From: a virus
DNA: 64,000 nucleotides
Virus record (IMG/VR): IMGVR_UViG_3300011113_000238
Location: 20,111 to 84,110 of that record
Strand: one strand, 5' to 3'
Shown piece after piece: positions 8,913 to 19,238 of the stretch (position 1 is its first letter; each line of letters starts with the position of its first letter). The notes under the pieces were generated by a model that had not been told where the DNA came from, did no database searches, and saw nothing but the letters and a program-made list of their open reading frames with translations. Position numbers and translations under genes: made by a program.

Positions 8913-11900
8913 ATGCAACTTGCAAAACAAACAAAAGAGCTAAATGTAGAGAAGTACGTCGGCATTAAGTACGAGGTAAACGGTCGTGATATGCAGTCCG
9001 TAGATTGCTATGGGCTTGTTTACCTGATCTACAAGAACGAACTGGGTATTACCCTACCCAGCTTTGCAGAAGATGGTATTGATGCTAATCGCACTCAAGA
9101 ACTAATCGCGCAATATAAAGAAGGTTGGGAACCTTCCGCTAATATCCAAGCTGGTGATGTGGTCATCTTCCGCATCCTCGGTATTGAAGCTCATATTGGC
9201 CTTGCTATTGACTCCGAGCGGTTCATCCATGCTCGTATTGGTTATAACTCCGCTATAGAGCGCTTTGATAGCTCCAAGTGGAAGACTCGGTTTGTTGGTA
9301 GTTATAAGTACAGTCCAAAGAATTCCGTAGTACTGAATGGTATCCCGCATCCGTTGCGTACTGAGCGCATTACTACATCTATTCCTGCAGGTACTAATGT
9401 ACTGCAGTTGCAAGACTGGGTACTGAAAGAATACAATATTGCAGAGAGCTATAAACCTCTGCTGAATATCTTTGTTAACGGTGTAAGAATTCCTGAAGAA
9501 ATGAAGGGTGTTACCGTACTCAAGGATACTGACGTAGTTGAATACCGAGTGGTCGCCCAAAACGATGGGGGTCTGCGCACTGTACTCAACTTGGCAGTAG
9601 CTGTAGCTGTAATTGCGGCTACTGGTCCCGGTGGTTTTGCAGCTACATGGGGAACTGCTGTTAATAGTGCATTAGGTTTTGCAGCAACAAGTGCTGCCGG
9701 TGGTGCTATTGTCAGTCTAGGTCTAACTGCAGTAGGTATGGCGCTTGTAGATGCTGTAGCTCCTGTACGTCAACCTCAAGGTTCATCTGGTTCTGCAAAT
9801 AACCCCGGATCAGCTGAGAGTCAACTGATTATTAATGGCGGCGCTAACCAAGCAACACCGTATGGTGCTATTCCTTTTGTACTGGGTCGTGTGCGATTGA
9901 CTCCACCATTGGGTGCCAATACATATAATCTGTTTAGTTCTGATGGTAAAGAATCCTACCTGCGTATGTTGCTCGTATGGGGTTATGGTCCGTTGTTCGT
10001 AGATGAAAGTACATTACAAATTGGTGAACTACCGATTAGTAACTACCAAGGTATCACACAAGAAACCTTGACTCGCATCTCCGAACCTACTGCGCAAGAA
10101 ATAGCTAACTTTGATGGCCTATATGGAACTGATATTACGCAGATTGCATCTGGTGTTGAACTAACGTGCGATGGTGTTGCTGGTAGTAATTCCGTTCCAG
10201 CTGGTCCGTGGTTGAACGCAGTTAGTACTGACGGTTCTGCTATGGATTTTACAGTAGCAATTCACTTCGGACAAGGTTGTCGCAGGATTAACTCACAAAC
10301 TGGTGATAGCTCTGCTGCACCTGTTACATTTGAGATTGAATACAAGTCGCAATCTGCGGTTACTTGGACAAATACAGGTACTCATATAGTTGGGACGTCT
10401 CCTGTCAAGGATGCATTTACATGGACTAAGAAGTTCACAACCAATAGTTCTGCAGAGAACGTGCAAGTTCGTATCCGTCGAATCACCGGTACTGGTACAG
10501 GTGCTCCTGTAGATAGCACCGCGCAGTATCTGTTTACTAGCACATTGGTTAACACCACGTTTAGTCGCAATACTAAACCTGCTATAGACCCGATTAACTG
10601 CAAGATTGCCAAGACTGCTTTTGAGATTAAAGCATCTGATCAGTTGAACGGTCAGATTGAAGGTATTAATGCAATCTGCTGGACATACGGTAAATCATGG
10701 AATGGTACAGCTTGGGTTGATGGTAACATCAATAACCCTGCTGCTCTGTTTAGACACGTTCTGGAGCATCCTGCGAACCCTCGTAGGGTTACTGATGCTG
10801 CTAACAAGATTAACCTCGTGCAGCTACAGGCATGGCATGAATACTGCACTGCTAAAGGTTTCACGTATAATTCAGTAGTAGGAGCACAACGCTCTGTTCT
10901 GGATATTCTCCGTGATATTTGTGCAGCGGGTAGAGCTAGCCCTGCAATGGTTGACGGTAAATGGACAGTCGTAATTGATGAAGTAAAACCCAACGTAGTG
11001 CAGCACTTTACACCGCATAACTCGTGGGGTTTTGAAGGTACTAAAGCCCTTCCTAGAATTCCAGATGGTCTGCGTGTTACTTTTGTAAACGAAGATAAGA
11101 ACTGGCAAGAGGATGAAACAATCGTATATGCGACTGCTAATTCCGCAAGCAACGCAGCGCTACTGGAAAGTATTTCAGTACCCGGTGTTACTAAACTAGA
11201 TCAAGCAATCGATCATGCTCGTTGGCACATGGCTCAAGCTAACCTTCGTCCAGAGCGTTACTCCCTGAACACTGATATTGAATACATTGTGTGCAATCGA
11301 GGTGACAGAGTTAAGGTGATGCATGATGTTCCAATGTGGGGACTTGGTTCTGGTCGCATTAAGAATAGGCTTAGTGCTACAACTTTTGAACTGACGGAAG
11401 AACTACCAATGCAAGCTGGTGTTTCCTACAGTATCCGAGTGCGTGGTAAATCCGGTGTAAGTACTGTCCGTCAAATCCGAAGCAAACCTGCGGACGGTTA
11501 TTATGACGAGATTACACTTACGGCATCAACTACCATTGCCGAAATCGACAATGACGATCTGTTTCTGTTTGGTGAAAATCAGCAGGAAGCGCAGGATTGC
11601 ATTGTGCTGTCAATTGAACCTCAAGATAATAAGACTGCAAGGTTGACTTTAGTTGACTACGGTGTGACTTCAAGTTATAATATCTTTAATGATTATCGGA
11701 ATTACACTAATAATATTGCATTTGAATCTCAGATTAGTATTGCACCTAAGTTGCTGATTCAGAGTTTTGCTGACAAGGTTCCTACAATCACGGGTATAAT
11801 CAGTGACGAGCGTGTGATGCAGAGGATTGCTGCTGGTGTATTTCAGTACAACATGCAAGTGTCATATACAAATGCGGCAGAGCTGCCTGCAAAGGTTGCT

Positions 11901-13847
11901 TTCGTGGAATTTCAGTGGGATTATGCCTCTGCTGTGGATGAATACGGTGCTCGGAGTAAGCAGGTCAAGTATAATTTAGGTTCTGTGTTAATCCCTGATG
12001 TAGATGAAGGTAGTACTTTTAAAGTACGGTGTCGATACGTGGGTGAGGATGGTAGAACTGGTAAATGGTCAACTTATGTCAATAACACAATCGTAGGTAA
12101 AACTAATCCACCAAGTCAGGTGCAAGGTTTTGCGGCGGTAGCTGACTTGAGTATTTCAAAGATTAAGCTAACTTGGGCAACAAACCCTGAACCTGATATT
12201 AAAGTGTATGAGGTGCGGACAGACTTCAACTGGGGGTCTACTGCGAATCTCGTATTCAAAGGTGATGCCACTACTTGTGTAGATACTCCTGCTGCTGCAG
12301 GTGCGTCCAAGACTTACTACATTAAAGCCTTGGATTACAGTGATAACTATAGTCTGGCGTATAGCACCGCATCATTCACTGCACAAGCACCTCGTAACGT
12401 TAGTAACGTGGGTTATATCTTTGCAGATACGTCATTAACTGCTGCTACAGTTACTATTAACTGGAACTTTGACAGTATGAGTACTTTTGGTGTTAAAGGG
12501 TATGAGGTAATATATGAAGGTATCACGCAGTTTGTCAGTGCTAGTTCTATTACGCTACCTGCAAATTGGATAGGTGAAAGAACATTCGTAATCAAGGTTG
12601 TTGATTTAATGGACAACAAGAGTACTGGGTATATGCTTCAAATACTGAAGCAGAAGCCTAACCCTTGTGGTAATTTTAGAGCACAAGTTATTGATAATAC
12701 AGTAATGTTCTATTGGAATCTACCTGATATTACTACACTACCAATTGATCACGTTCTTCTAAAGAAAGGTGCTACATGGGCAACCGCTGAAGTAATCGGA
12801 GAAAAGAAGGGTGCGTTTACAACTCAGAATGAAACTCAAGCCGGAACATATACTTATTGGATCGCTGCAGTAGATACTGACGATAATGAATCAGAACCCG
12901 TGTCGTTGACAACTGCTGTTGCCCAGCCACCGGACTTCGTGTTCTTTGCCAACTTCGTGAGTAATTTTAATGCTACCAAAGTTAATGCCGTGAAGGAATC
13001 TAATTCAAATCATTTGGTTCTACCTGTGAATACCTCCGAGACTTTCCAACAGCACTTCACGGATAACGCGTGGGGTACTCCACAAGATCAGGTTAATGCC
13101 GGTTATCCGATCTATATCCAACCAAATGAAGCAAGTGGTTACTACGAGGAAACGTTTGATTATGGTACTATCCTAGCTAGTAGCAAAGTTACTGTAGTTT
13201 ATCAAGGTACTATTGTTGCAGCGCCTGTAACGATTACTACAAGTATTTCAGTGTCAGCAAACGGGTCAACATGGCAAGTATACGATGGTGTCAGTGAAGT
13301 ATTCGCTACTTCATTCAGATATATCAAAGTAAAGTTACAAGTTAGTTCGGGAACTGATAAAGGATTATATAGCTTGGAATATCTGTCGGCAAAACTAGAC
13401 TCTAAAGTCATTAGCGATGCAGGTAGTATTGCGTGTAATTCATCTGATAGTTTAGGTACTATTGTGAACTTCAGCAAGGATTTTGCCGATGTGAGTAGTA
13501 TTGTAGTTTCGCCACAAGGTACTACTGCTATTATTCCTGTCTATGACTTCAAGGACGTTGTTGCTAGTGGTACGTATTCTGTTACATCCAATGTGTGCAC
13601 AGTCAACGTAACAGGTCATGAGTTGATTACAGGTCAGAATGTACGCATCGGTATCGCAAGTGGTACTGGAGTACTCGGTGTATATACGATTACTTCTCAC
13701 AGTGCTAATTCGTTTACAGTGAGTATGACGACACCTGACACATCAGGTAACTTGAGTATTTATCCTGAATCATTCAGAGTATATCTATTCAGTACACTAG
13801 GCGTTAGATTGACAGCTAACGCAAGTTGGTCAGTCGCAGGTTATTAA
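8913..13847 (+). CDS. NlpC/P60-fused central tail / host-specificity protein (gpJ-like, FN3 repeats)
   Basis: N-terminal DCYGLV...HIG...FIHA; gpJ-like core (PYGAIPFVLG, NNPAALF, RGDRVKV); start moved to ATG 8913. Confidence 0.85.
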   Translation: MQLAKQTKELNVEKYVGIKYEVNGRDMQSVDCYGLVYLIYKNELGITLPSFAEDGIDANRTQELIAQYKEGWEPSANIQAGDVVIFRILGIEAHIGLAIDSERFIHARIGYNSAIERFDSSKWKTRFVGSYKYSPKNSVVLNGIPHPLRTERITTSIPAGTNVLQLQDWVLKEYNIAESYKPLLNIFVNGVRIPEEMKGVTVLKDTDVVEYRVVAQNDGGLRTVLNLAVAVAVIAATGPGGFAATWGTAVNSALGFAATSAAGGAIVSLGLTAVGMALVDAVAPVRQPQGSSGSANNPGSAESQLIINGGANQATPYGAIPFVLGRVRLTPPLGANTYNLFSSDGKESYLRMLLVWGYGPLFVDESTLQIGELPISNYQGITQETLTRISEPTAQEIANFDGLYGTDITQIASGVELTCDGVAGSNSVPAGPWLNAVSTDGSAMDFTVAIHFGQGCRRINSQTGDSSAAPVTFEIEYKSQSAVTWTNTGTHIVGTSPVKDAFTWTKKFTTNSSAENVQVRIRRITGTGTGAPVDSTAQYLFTSTLVNTTFSRNTKPAIDPINCKIAKTAFEIKASDQLNGQIEGINAICWTYGKSWNGTAWVDGNINNPAALFRHVLEHPANPRRVTDAANKINLVQLQAWHEYCTAKGFTYNSVVGAQRSVLDILRDICAAGRASPAMVDGKWTVVIDEVKPNVVQHFTPHNSWGFEGTKALPRIPDGLRVTFVNEDKNWQEDETIVYATANSASNAALLESISVPGVTKLDQAIDHARWHMAQANLRPERYSLNTDIEYIVCNRGDRVKVMHDVPMWGLGSGRIKNRLSATTFELTEELPMQAGVSYSIRVRGKSGVSTVRQIRSKPADGYYDEITLTASTTIAEIDNDDLFLFGENQQEAQDCIVLSIEPQDNKTARLTLVDYGVTSSYNIFNDYRNYTNNIAFESQISIAPKLLIQSFADKVPTITGIISDERVMQRIAAGVFQYNMQVSYTNAAELPAKVAFVEFQWDYASAVDEYGARSKQVKYNLGSVLIPDVDEGSTFKVRCRYVGEDGRTGKWSTYVNNTIVGKTNPPSQVQGFAAVADLSISKIKLTWATNPEPDIKVYEVRTDFNWGSTANLVFKGDATTCVDTPAAAGASKTYYIKALDYSDNYSLAYSTASFTAQAPRNVSNVGYIFADTSLTAATVTINWNFDSMSTFGVKGYEVIYEGITQFVSASSITLPANWIGERTFVIKVVDLMDNKSTGYMLQILKQKPNPCGNFRAQVIDNTVMFYWNLPDITTLPIDHVLLKKGATWATAEVIGEKKGAFTTQNETQAGTYTYWIAAVDTDDNESEPVSLTTAVAQPPDFVFFANFVSNFNATKVNAVKESNSNHLVLPVNTSETFQQHFTDNAWGTPQDQVNAGYPIYIQPNEASGYYEETFDYGTILASSKVTVVYQGTIVAAPVTITTSISVSANGSTWQVYDGVSEVFATSFRYIKVKLQVSSGTDKGLYSLEYLSAKLDSKVISDAGSIACNSSDSLGTIVNFSKDFADVSSIVVSPQGTTAIIPVYDFKDVVASGTYSVTSNVCTVNVTGHELITGQNVRIGIASGTGVLGVYTITSHSANSFTVSMTTPDTSGNLSIYPESFRVYLFSTLGVRLTANASWSVAGY

Positions 13848-13852
13848 CAAAT

Positions 13853-13872
13853 AGGGAGCTTCGGCTCCCTTT
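13853..13872 (+). terminator. intrinsic terminator
   Basis: AGGGAGC-TTCG-GCTCCCT-TT. Confidence 0.65.
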
Positions 13873-13893
13873 CTATAATGAAAGGGTTTGCAA

Positions 13894-15870
13894 ATGGCAG
13901 ATCATAATAAACCAGTGCTAACTAGCACATATGCTAATTTTGTCAGTGAACTTGATGCTAGGTTTGACGATCTATCTCTTGGCCTAGACCCCGCTGTAAC
14001 GTCAGCTACGAACCTTCCAGTTAACGCAATCCGTTGGAACTCTGCGCTTGCCAAAGATCAGAAATGGAACGGTTCCTCGTGGGTTGATAAAAGTAGCTTC
14101 TACGTATTGGGTAGTGTAAGATTCAACAATGGAACAGTTGGTGCTCCCAGTATTACGTTTAGTGATGACACTACTACGGGCATCTTCAAACCTACTCCAA
14201 CTAGTATTGCGCTTACTACATCAGGCGTGGAAGCACTGCGGGCGACAAGTGGTAACATCGGAATTCCCGGTACATTGCAATTAAATAGTGCAGTCAGTAT
14301 TGATGCAAATAGTAGTGCGCTGACTATGCGTTATGCAGGTGGGGATCAACAATATGGTATTTCCATTAAAGCCGACGCTGACAACACGCAGGCCATTGGT
14401 TTTTTCAATGCCGCCAGTCAACCAGTTGGTCGGATCAGTCAGACTGCTACAAATATTCAAATTTTTGGTTTGAGTAATCTTAGCGTAGACAACGCAGTAT
14501 TCTCCAAAGACGGTTTCTTGACTACAAATTATGTAGTTAACGCACGAAACCCGATCTGGCGTTTTGGCGATTCGCAGTTGGTTGGTATTAGTTATTTCCA
14601 AGGTACTAGCGGTTATCAAAGTGCAGATAGCATTGGCATGCATTTCGGTGAGGCAAATGCAGCAGGTTCTAAGTTTTCGTTCACCAGTGATGGTCGATTA
14701 GTGACTACCAAGAATATCGTCAGTGGTATTGCTGCTCCTCATGATTCCGGTCAGAATATTACTGTGAATGGAACGGGGACTACAGCGAGTACCGCACCGT
14801 ATCTTACTGTAAACAGCAGAGGATTAGTTGCAGGTAATGGTTCGCAATTTACATCCGGTGGTCTATTATTTGCAAGCTATCGTGATGTAAGAACTACATC
14901 ATACATCGGTGGCATTACAATGCGCGTTAGAAACGTAAATGATGTAGTAACTGACCCTGTTCAGATGGAGTTCCGCATTGGACCTTCTTACGGTGATAGC
15001 TTTGCGAATGCCGGTGATGCTGCACTACCTGCTGCACCGATGACGTTGAGTGCCGGCGGTGTTCTGAATGTAAGTACTTCCATTACAACGCCTTACATGC
15101 AAGGCGTAGCAGCGCAGAGTAACGGTTTAAAAGTAAGCGATCCTGAAGAAACCCCCGGATTAAATCGAGAATTAGCTCATATTACACCTCAATCAGTTGT
15201 TAGGAACATACGTGCTGATTTCGCACAGAGTACTGCAACAGGTACAGGTGGAAGATACGCTGGTGTAATGACTTTCAGTCCATATGACGGTAAAACTGCA
15301 TCCGCGGGTGGTCCAAGTTACCAACTTGCATTCGGCAGTAGTCAAAACAACGGTGGTTCTCCGCAACTGCGCATTCGCAACGGTATTGACACTACATGGA
15401 ACTCTTGGGTTGATGTAATGACACCTGCTGGTGCTATTGTTCACTTTGCAAGGGCCAGTGCTCCTTCTGGTTATTTGAAGGCCAATGGTGCAGCTGTGTC
15501 AAGAACAGCCTATCATGCGCTATTTGATATTATTGGTACAACATTCGGTGCGGGAGATGGGAGTACCACGTTTAACTTACCTGATTTGAGGGCGCAGTTT
15601 ATTCGTGGATGGGATGATGGATTGGGAGTAGACAGCTTCCGCATATTCGGTAGTTTCCAATCAGGTTCTGTTGAGAGTCACACTCACGCACCACCTGCAG
15701 GTTTGACTGGTCCTTGGCTGAGTAATGCATTCAGTGGTGATGGTCAAATTGATAGCAGTAATGTAACTGGTCCTGGTGAACGAAATGGAGTGTTAGGTAA
15801 CACTCAGGCTTACGGTGGTGATGAAACTAGACCTCGTAACATCGCATTGCTGGCTTGCATTAAATATTAA
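13894..15870 (+). CDS. tail fibre with C-terminal tail-collar domain
   Basis: PAGAIVHFA...GYLKANGAAVSRTAY...FNLPDLRAQFIRGWD...ETRPRNIALLACIKY. Confidence 0.9.
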   Translation: MADHNKPVLTSTYANFVSELDARFDDLSLGLDPAVTSATNLPVNAIRWNSALAKDQKWNGSSWVDKSSFYVLGSVRFNNGTVGAPSITFSDDTTTGIFKPTPTSIALTTSGVEALRATSGNIGIPGTLQLNSAVSIDANSSALTMRYAGGDQQYGISIKADADNTQAIGFFNAASQPVGRISQTATNIQIFGLSNLSVDNAVFSKDGFLTTNYVVNARNPIWRFGDSQLVGISYFQGTSGYQSADSIGMHFGEANAAGSKFSFTSDGRLVTTKNIVSGIAAPHDSGQNITVNGTGTTASTAPYLTVNSRGLVAGNGSQFTSGGLLFASYRDVRTTSYIGGITMRVRNVNDVVTDPVQMEFRIGPSYGDSFANAGDAALPAAPMTLSAGGVLNVSTSITTPYMQGVAAQSNGLKVSDPEETPGLNRELAHITPQSVVRNIRADFAQSTATGTGGRYAGVMTFSPYDGKTASAGGPSYQLAFGSSQNNGGSPQLRIRNGIDTTWNSWVDVMTPAGAIVHFARASAPSGYLKANGAAVSRTAYHALFDIIGTTFGAGDGSTTFNLPDLRAQFIRGWDDGLGVDSFRIFGSFQSGSVESHTHAPPAGLTGPWLSNAFSGDGQIDSSNVTGPGERNGVLGNTQAYGGDETRPRNIALLACIKY

Positions 15871-15879
15871 GGAGAACAT

Positions 15880-16350
15880 ATGACAAAACAAGTCTCACAA
15901 CTTGATACCAACGGTTACTTCGTTGGGGTAACAACTGCAGATGAATCCCCGCTAGAGGAAGGGGTATTCCTTATTCCAGCTGGTACCGTTGATTCGATAC
16001 CCCCTTCAATACCGGAAGGTAAACTTGCACGGTGGAATGGTGAGTGGACTCTTGAGGATATTCCACAACCGGAACCTGAAGAACCACCTGTCGAACCAGA
16101 ACCGTTCAAACCAAAATCAGTGACAATGCGACAGGCTAGACTAGCTCTGCTTGAAGCTGGTTATTATTCTTCGGTTCAAACTGCTATCAATGCAATCGAA
16201 GACCCTATTATCCGACAAGCATCTCAGATTGAATGGGAGTACGCAGCTACCGTTGACAGGAATAGCTCGTTTACTCAAGGTATGGCGAATGCACTCGGTT
16301 TAACCGAGCAAGATATGGATAATCTATTCATGCTGGCATGGAGTAAGTAA
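15880..16350 (+). CDS. tail fibre assembly-like protein
   Basis: ADESPLEEGVFLIPAG and VTMRQARLALL...IEWEYA motifs; directly after the fibre gene. Confidence 0.7.
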   Translation: MTKQVSQLDTNGYFVGVTTADESPLEEGVFLIPAGTVDSIPPSIPEGKLARWNGEWTLEDIPQPEPEEPPVEPEPFKPKSVTMRQARLALLEAGYYSSVQTAINAIEDPIIRQASQIEWEYAATVDRNSSFTQGMANALGLTEQDMDNLFMLAWSK

Positions 16351-16713
16351 ATGCAAGAAGTTCTATTAGCTGCAATACTGGGGTTAGCTACCCTAGCTCT
16401 GTATCTGGTGATCTTCTTCTACCTGTATGTGCTCGTGATGGGTATATACAGGGTTCATCTCCAAGATAGACTGAAGGGATTTCTATTCGTTCTTTGCGTA
16501 CCTGCAGTAGTCGTAGGATTACTCTTTGATGTATTTGCAAATCTATTCATTGCTACGTTCGTTTTCTGGCAGTTACCAAGAGAATGGTTAGTGACCACTA
16601 GGTTAACTAAGATTAAATCCAATCCCCTAGAGCACTGGAAACGCAGGTATATCGCGCAATACGTCTGTGAGCACATACTGGACGTATTCGACCCGAACGG
16701 TGATCACTGCTAA
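16351..16713 (+). CDS. membrane protein
   Basis: Two hydrophobic segments; PREWLVTTRL...LDVFDPNGDHC. Confidence 0.65.
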   Translation: MQEVLLAAILGLATLALYLVIFFYLYVLVMGIYRVHLQDRLKGFLFVLCVPAVVVGLLFDVFANLFIATFVFWQLPREWLVTTRLTKIKSNPLEHWKRRYIAQYVCEHILDVFDPNGDHC

Positions 16714-16789
16714 TCGCGCTTAATTACTCTTTACTTAACAAGGAAGTAATGATATAATAAAGTACTGTCAATAATTTTACAATCAACAT

Positions 16790-16810
16790 AGCCCCGCAAG
16801 GGGCTTTCTT
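16790..16810 (+). terminator. intrinsic terminator
   Basis: AGCCCC-GCAA-GGGGCT-TTCTT. Confidence 0.7.
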
Positions 16811-16830
16811 CGTTTATAAGTGAGTGCAAT

Positions 16831-17157
16831 ATGGAGCTATCCCACCTTTACCTTTCGTTTTCACTGGACCTAATCCCTGTTGTACTCGCCATCGTTGCAC
16901 TGCAGAGATTGTACACAGTTACTGCTGTTAACACTACCCTTCAACTAGCTAGAGCAAGCTGTATTATGCTTGTACTGTGTCAGTTAACTTGGATTCATTC
17001 CTACTTGATGCACTTTCCGTTGATCAATTCCTTGGTGGATAACATCTGGTCATTGTTCAATAGTATTGTAATGCTGATGATCCTTAGTCTCGTCAGACAG
17101 CACAACACCAACACCGATGGTATTGGCTCGCATAGAGATGACTCCAATAGAGGATAG
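16831..17157 (+). CDS. membrane protein (about 3 TM), lysis region
   Basis: Hydrophobic segments; position. Confidence 0.55.
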   Translation: MELSHLYLSFSLDLIPVVLAIVALQRLYTVTAVNTTLQLARASCIMLVLCQLTWIHSYLMHFPLINSLVDNIWSLFNSIVMLMILSLVRQHNTNTDGIGSHRDDSNRG

Positions 17158-17158
17158 T

Positions 17159-17569
17159 ATGCAAACTTCATTCAATTTCAAAGTAGCCTACATGCTGGCA
17201 ATGAGCAAGATTGAAACTACAGCAATGTTGTGCATTGCATCGTGGTTAATGTCCGTGGGCTTCATTACAGGTGTGCATGACAAGAGCGTGGATTACGTAG
17301 CCATCTGGCAACTAGGTAGTAAGTACTTCTGGTGCTATACCTTCGCTATATACGCTCTGATTAAAACTCTGAGTATTTTCGGTAGTGTGGACTACCGGCT
17401 CGAACTAATTAATGCTGTGGTAGGATTATGGGGCTGGTTATACATTTGCCTGAGCTTTATGCTCTTTGACACGACTCCCATTTCTCCGCATGAATTGGTA
17501 TTTCTTCTTCCGGTAATAGCTGAATCTTGGTTGCTACTGTCCTACCAACAACGAGGTGAAAAAGGATAG
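17159..17569 (+). CDS. membrane protein (about 4 TM), lysis region
   Basis: GAGG RBS before ATG 17159; hydrophobic segments. Confidence 0.6.
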   Translation: MQTSFNFKVAYMLAMSKIETTAMLCIASWLMSVGFITGVHDKSVDYVAIWQLGSKYFWCYTFAIYALIKTLSIFGSVDYRLELINAVVGLWGWLYICLSFMLFDTTPISPHELVFLLPVIAESWLLLSYQQRGEKG

Positions 17570-17572
17570 CGC

Positions 17573-17926
17573 ATGAACTTGACAAACTTATCTGCTGTAG
17601 ATATTGCCCAAGCTACAACAATGATTGCTGCTGCGATTATAGCAGCTGTAGCCGTACTGCAGAAAGTACTGAAGGGCTTTAAAGACACGAACACTGAAAG
17701 TAGCATCATCTCACTGATGCATACTGAATTACAGCGGATGGCTACGCAGAATACTCTGCTAACAACCGAACTGAATAAACTACAGCTGGAAATTCTCAAG
17801 CTCAATAAAGAACTTGGTAATCTTTCGGATGAAAATCGCAGGTTGCATAATGAAGTCTCTTCCCTAGCAGCGGAAGTAGTAAGACTGCAGAATGTAATCG
17901 CACTAAACAACATACAAGTTGATTAA
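17573..17926 (+). CDS. 1-TM coiled-coil protein (holin/antiholin/spanin-like)
   Basis: N-terminal hydrophobic helix followed by a heptad coiled coil. Confidence 0.55.
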   Translation: MNLTNLSAVDIAQATTMIAAAIIAAVAVLQKVLKGFKDTNTESSIISLMHTELQRMATQNTLLTTELNKLQLEILKLNKELGNLSDENRRLHNEVSSLAAEVVRLQNVIALNNIQVD

Positions 17927-17943
17927 TCAACTAAGGAGGTAAT

Positions 17944-18435
17944 ATGCTACCTATTCTAGCAGGTATTCTCTCAAGTCTAATTGCAAATAATATGCCACGA
18001 GTAGCGCAAGCTGTCGTGGATAAAGGCTTGGATTATGTGGAGGATAAACTAGGCGTGAAACTTGAACCTGACATGACGCAGGAACAACTCCAAGCTGTGC
18101 GCGAAGCAGCCTTGAAGCATGAAGAATTCCAGATTGAGCAAAGCAACAAGAATACTGACAGTGCTCGTGTAATGAACACAGGTATTCAGACTTCGGAATT
18201 CGCAAGTACTCTGGCGAAGAACGCAGCTTATTTCATTGACTTTGCGATTGTAGCTGCAGCTATCTTTGTTACATGGTTAACATTCTTCAAAGCTATCCCC
18301 TTGGATAACAAAGAGATTGTCTACACTGCATTGGGTTCTCTCTGGACACTGACAGGTACTATCGTGAACTTCCACAGAGGTTCCAGCCGACAGTCCCAAG
18401 GTAAGGATGATGTTATTAGAAAGCTGAGTGAATGA
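17944..18435 (+). CDS. putative holin
   Basis: DSARVM...two TM...VNFHRGSSRQS pattern; stop overlaps the endolysin start. Confidence 0.6.
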   Translation: MLPILAGILSSLIANNMPRVAQAVVDKGLDYVEDKLGVKLEPDMTQEQLQAVREAALKHEEFQIEQSNKNTDSARVMNTGIQTSEFASTLAKNAAYFIDFAIVAAAIFVTWLTFFKAIPLDNKEIVYTALGSLWTLTGTIVNFHRGSSRQSQGKDDVIRKLSE

Positions 18436-18896
18436 AACCAATCGTGATGCTTAGTCCTAACTTCAGTTTACAGGAGTTTACAGCCTCTCAATCAGCGTTA
18501 CGCAGGGGTATATCCAACGAACCTTCTGCGGAGGCTCTACAGTGCCTCAGAGAGCTTGTAATCAACCTTCTGCAACCGCTGAGAGAGCGCATCGGTAAAC
18601 CTTTTACGATTACGAGTGGTTATCGCTCACTTGAACTGAATAAAGCAGTTGGTGGTAGCAAAACATCTCAGCATAACAATGGTCAAGCAGTTGACTTTGT
18701 TGTGGAGGGTTTGACTCCTTTTGAAGTGTGTCAGATTATTGCAACATCCGGTCTTGACTTTGATCAGTTGATATATGAGGGTACGTGGGTTCATGTATCG
18801 TATAATAAAGGTAAGAACCGCAGGCAGCTACTCACTGCAGTATTCAAGGATGGTCAACCGACGACTTATATTCAAGGCTTAGTTAATAAGCCATAA
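18432..18896 (+). CDS. endolysin, peptidase M15A
   Basis: LSPNFSLQEF, ITSGYRS, SQHNNGQAVD, WVHVS. Confidence 0.9.
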   Translation: MKPIVMLSPNFSLQEFTASQSALRRGISNEPSAEALQCLRELVINLLQPLRERIGKPFTITSGYRSLELNKAVGGSKTSQHNNGQAVDFVVEGLTPFEVCQIIATSGLDFDQLIYEGTWVHVSYNKGKNRRQLLTAVFKDGQPTTYIQGLVNKP

Positions 18897-18903
18897 ACGA
18901 ACG

Positions 18904-18955
18904 AAGCCCCTAGAAGGTAGCCATTGCTGGTTATCCTCTAGGGGCTTTTCTTTTA
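18904..18955. terminator. terminator between convergent late and replication arms
   Basis: AAGCCCCTAGA...TCTAGGGGCTT + TTCTTTT. Confidence 0.8.
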
Positions 18956-18956
18956 T

Positions 18957-19199
18957 TTAACTCAGGAATTCCTGAAGTTGAGCACTAGTCTTAGCTCCAG
19001 TAGCTCGTTTAATTTCAGTTCCGTTTTCTTCGAGTACCATTGTAGGTACACCTCGGATTCCGTAGTCCTTTGCCAACTGAGGGTCAGTGTCAATATCTAC
19101 AAAGACAAGGTTAGCTGACAATGCAGTAGCTGCGATTGCGGCTTTGAGAGGTTTGCAATTAACGCACCAAGTGGCGCTGAATACTTTTAGTTCTTTCAT
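18957..19199 (-). CDS. trxA: thioredoxin
   Basis: FSATWCVNCKPL; YGIRGVPTMV. Confidence 0.9.
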   Translation of the reverse strand: MKELKVFSATWCVNCKPLKAAIAATALSANLVFVDIDTDPQLAKDYGIRGVPTMVLEENGTEIKRATGAKTSAQLQEFLS

Positions 19200-19238
19200 T
19201 TAATTCCTTTATGAATAAGCCCCGAAGGGCTTTGTTAG

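Noticed and set aside
13894-15870. Diversity-generating retroelement or invertible tail fibre
   Set aside because: No reverse transcriptase, invertase or second copy of the fibre 3' end seen in the window
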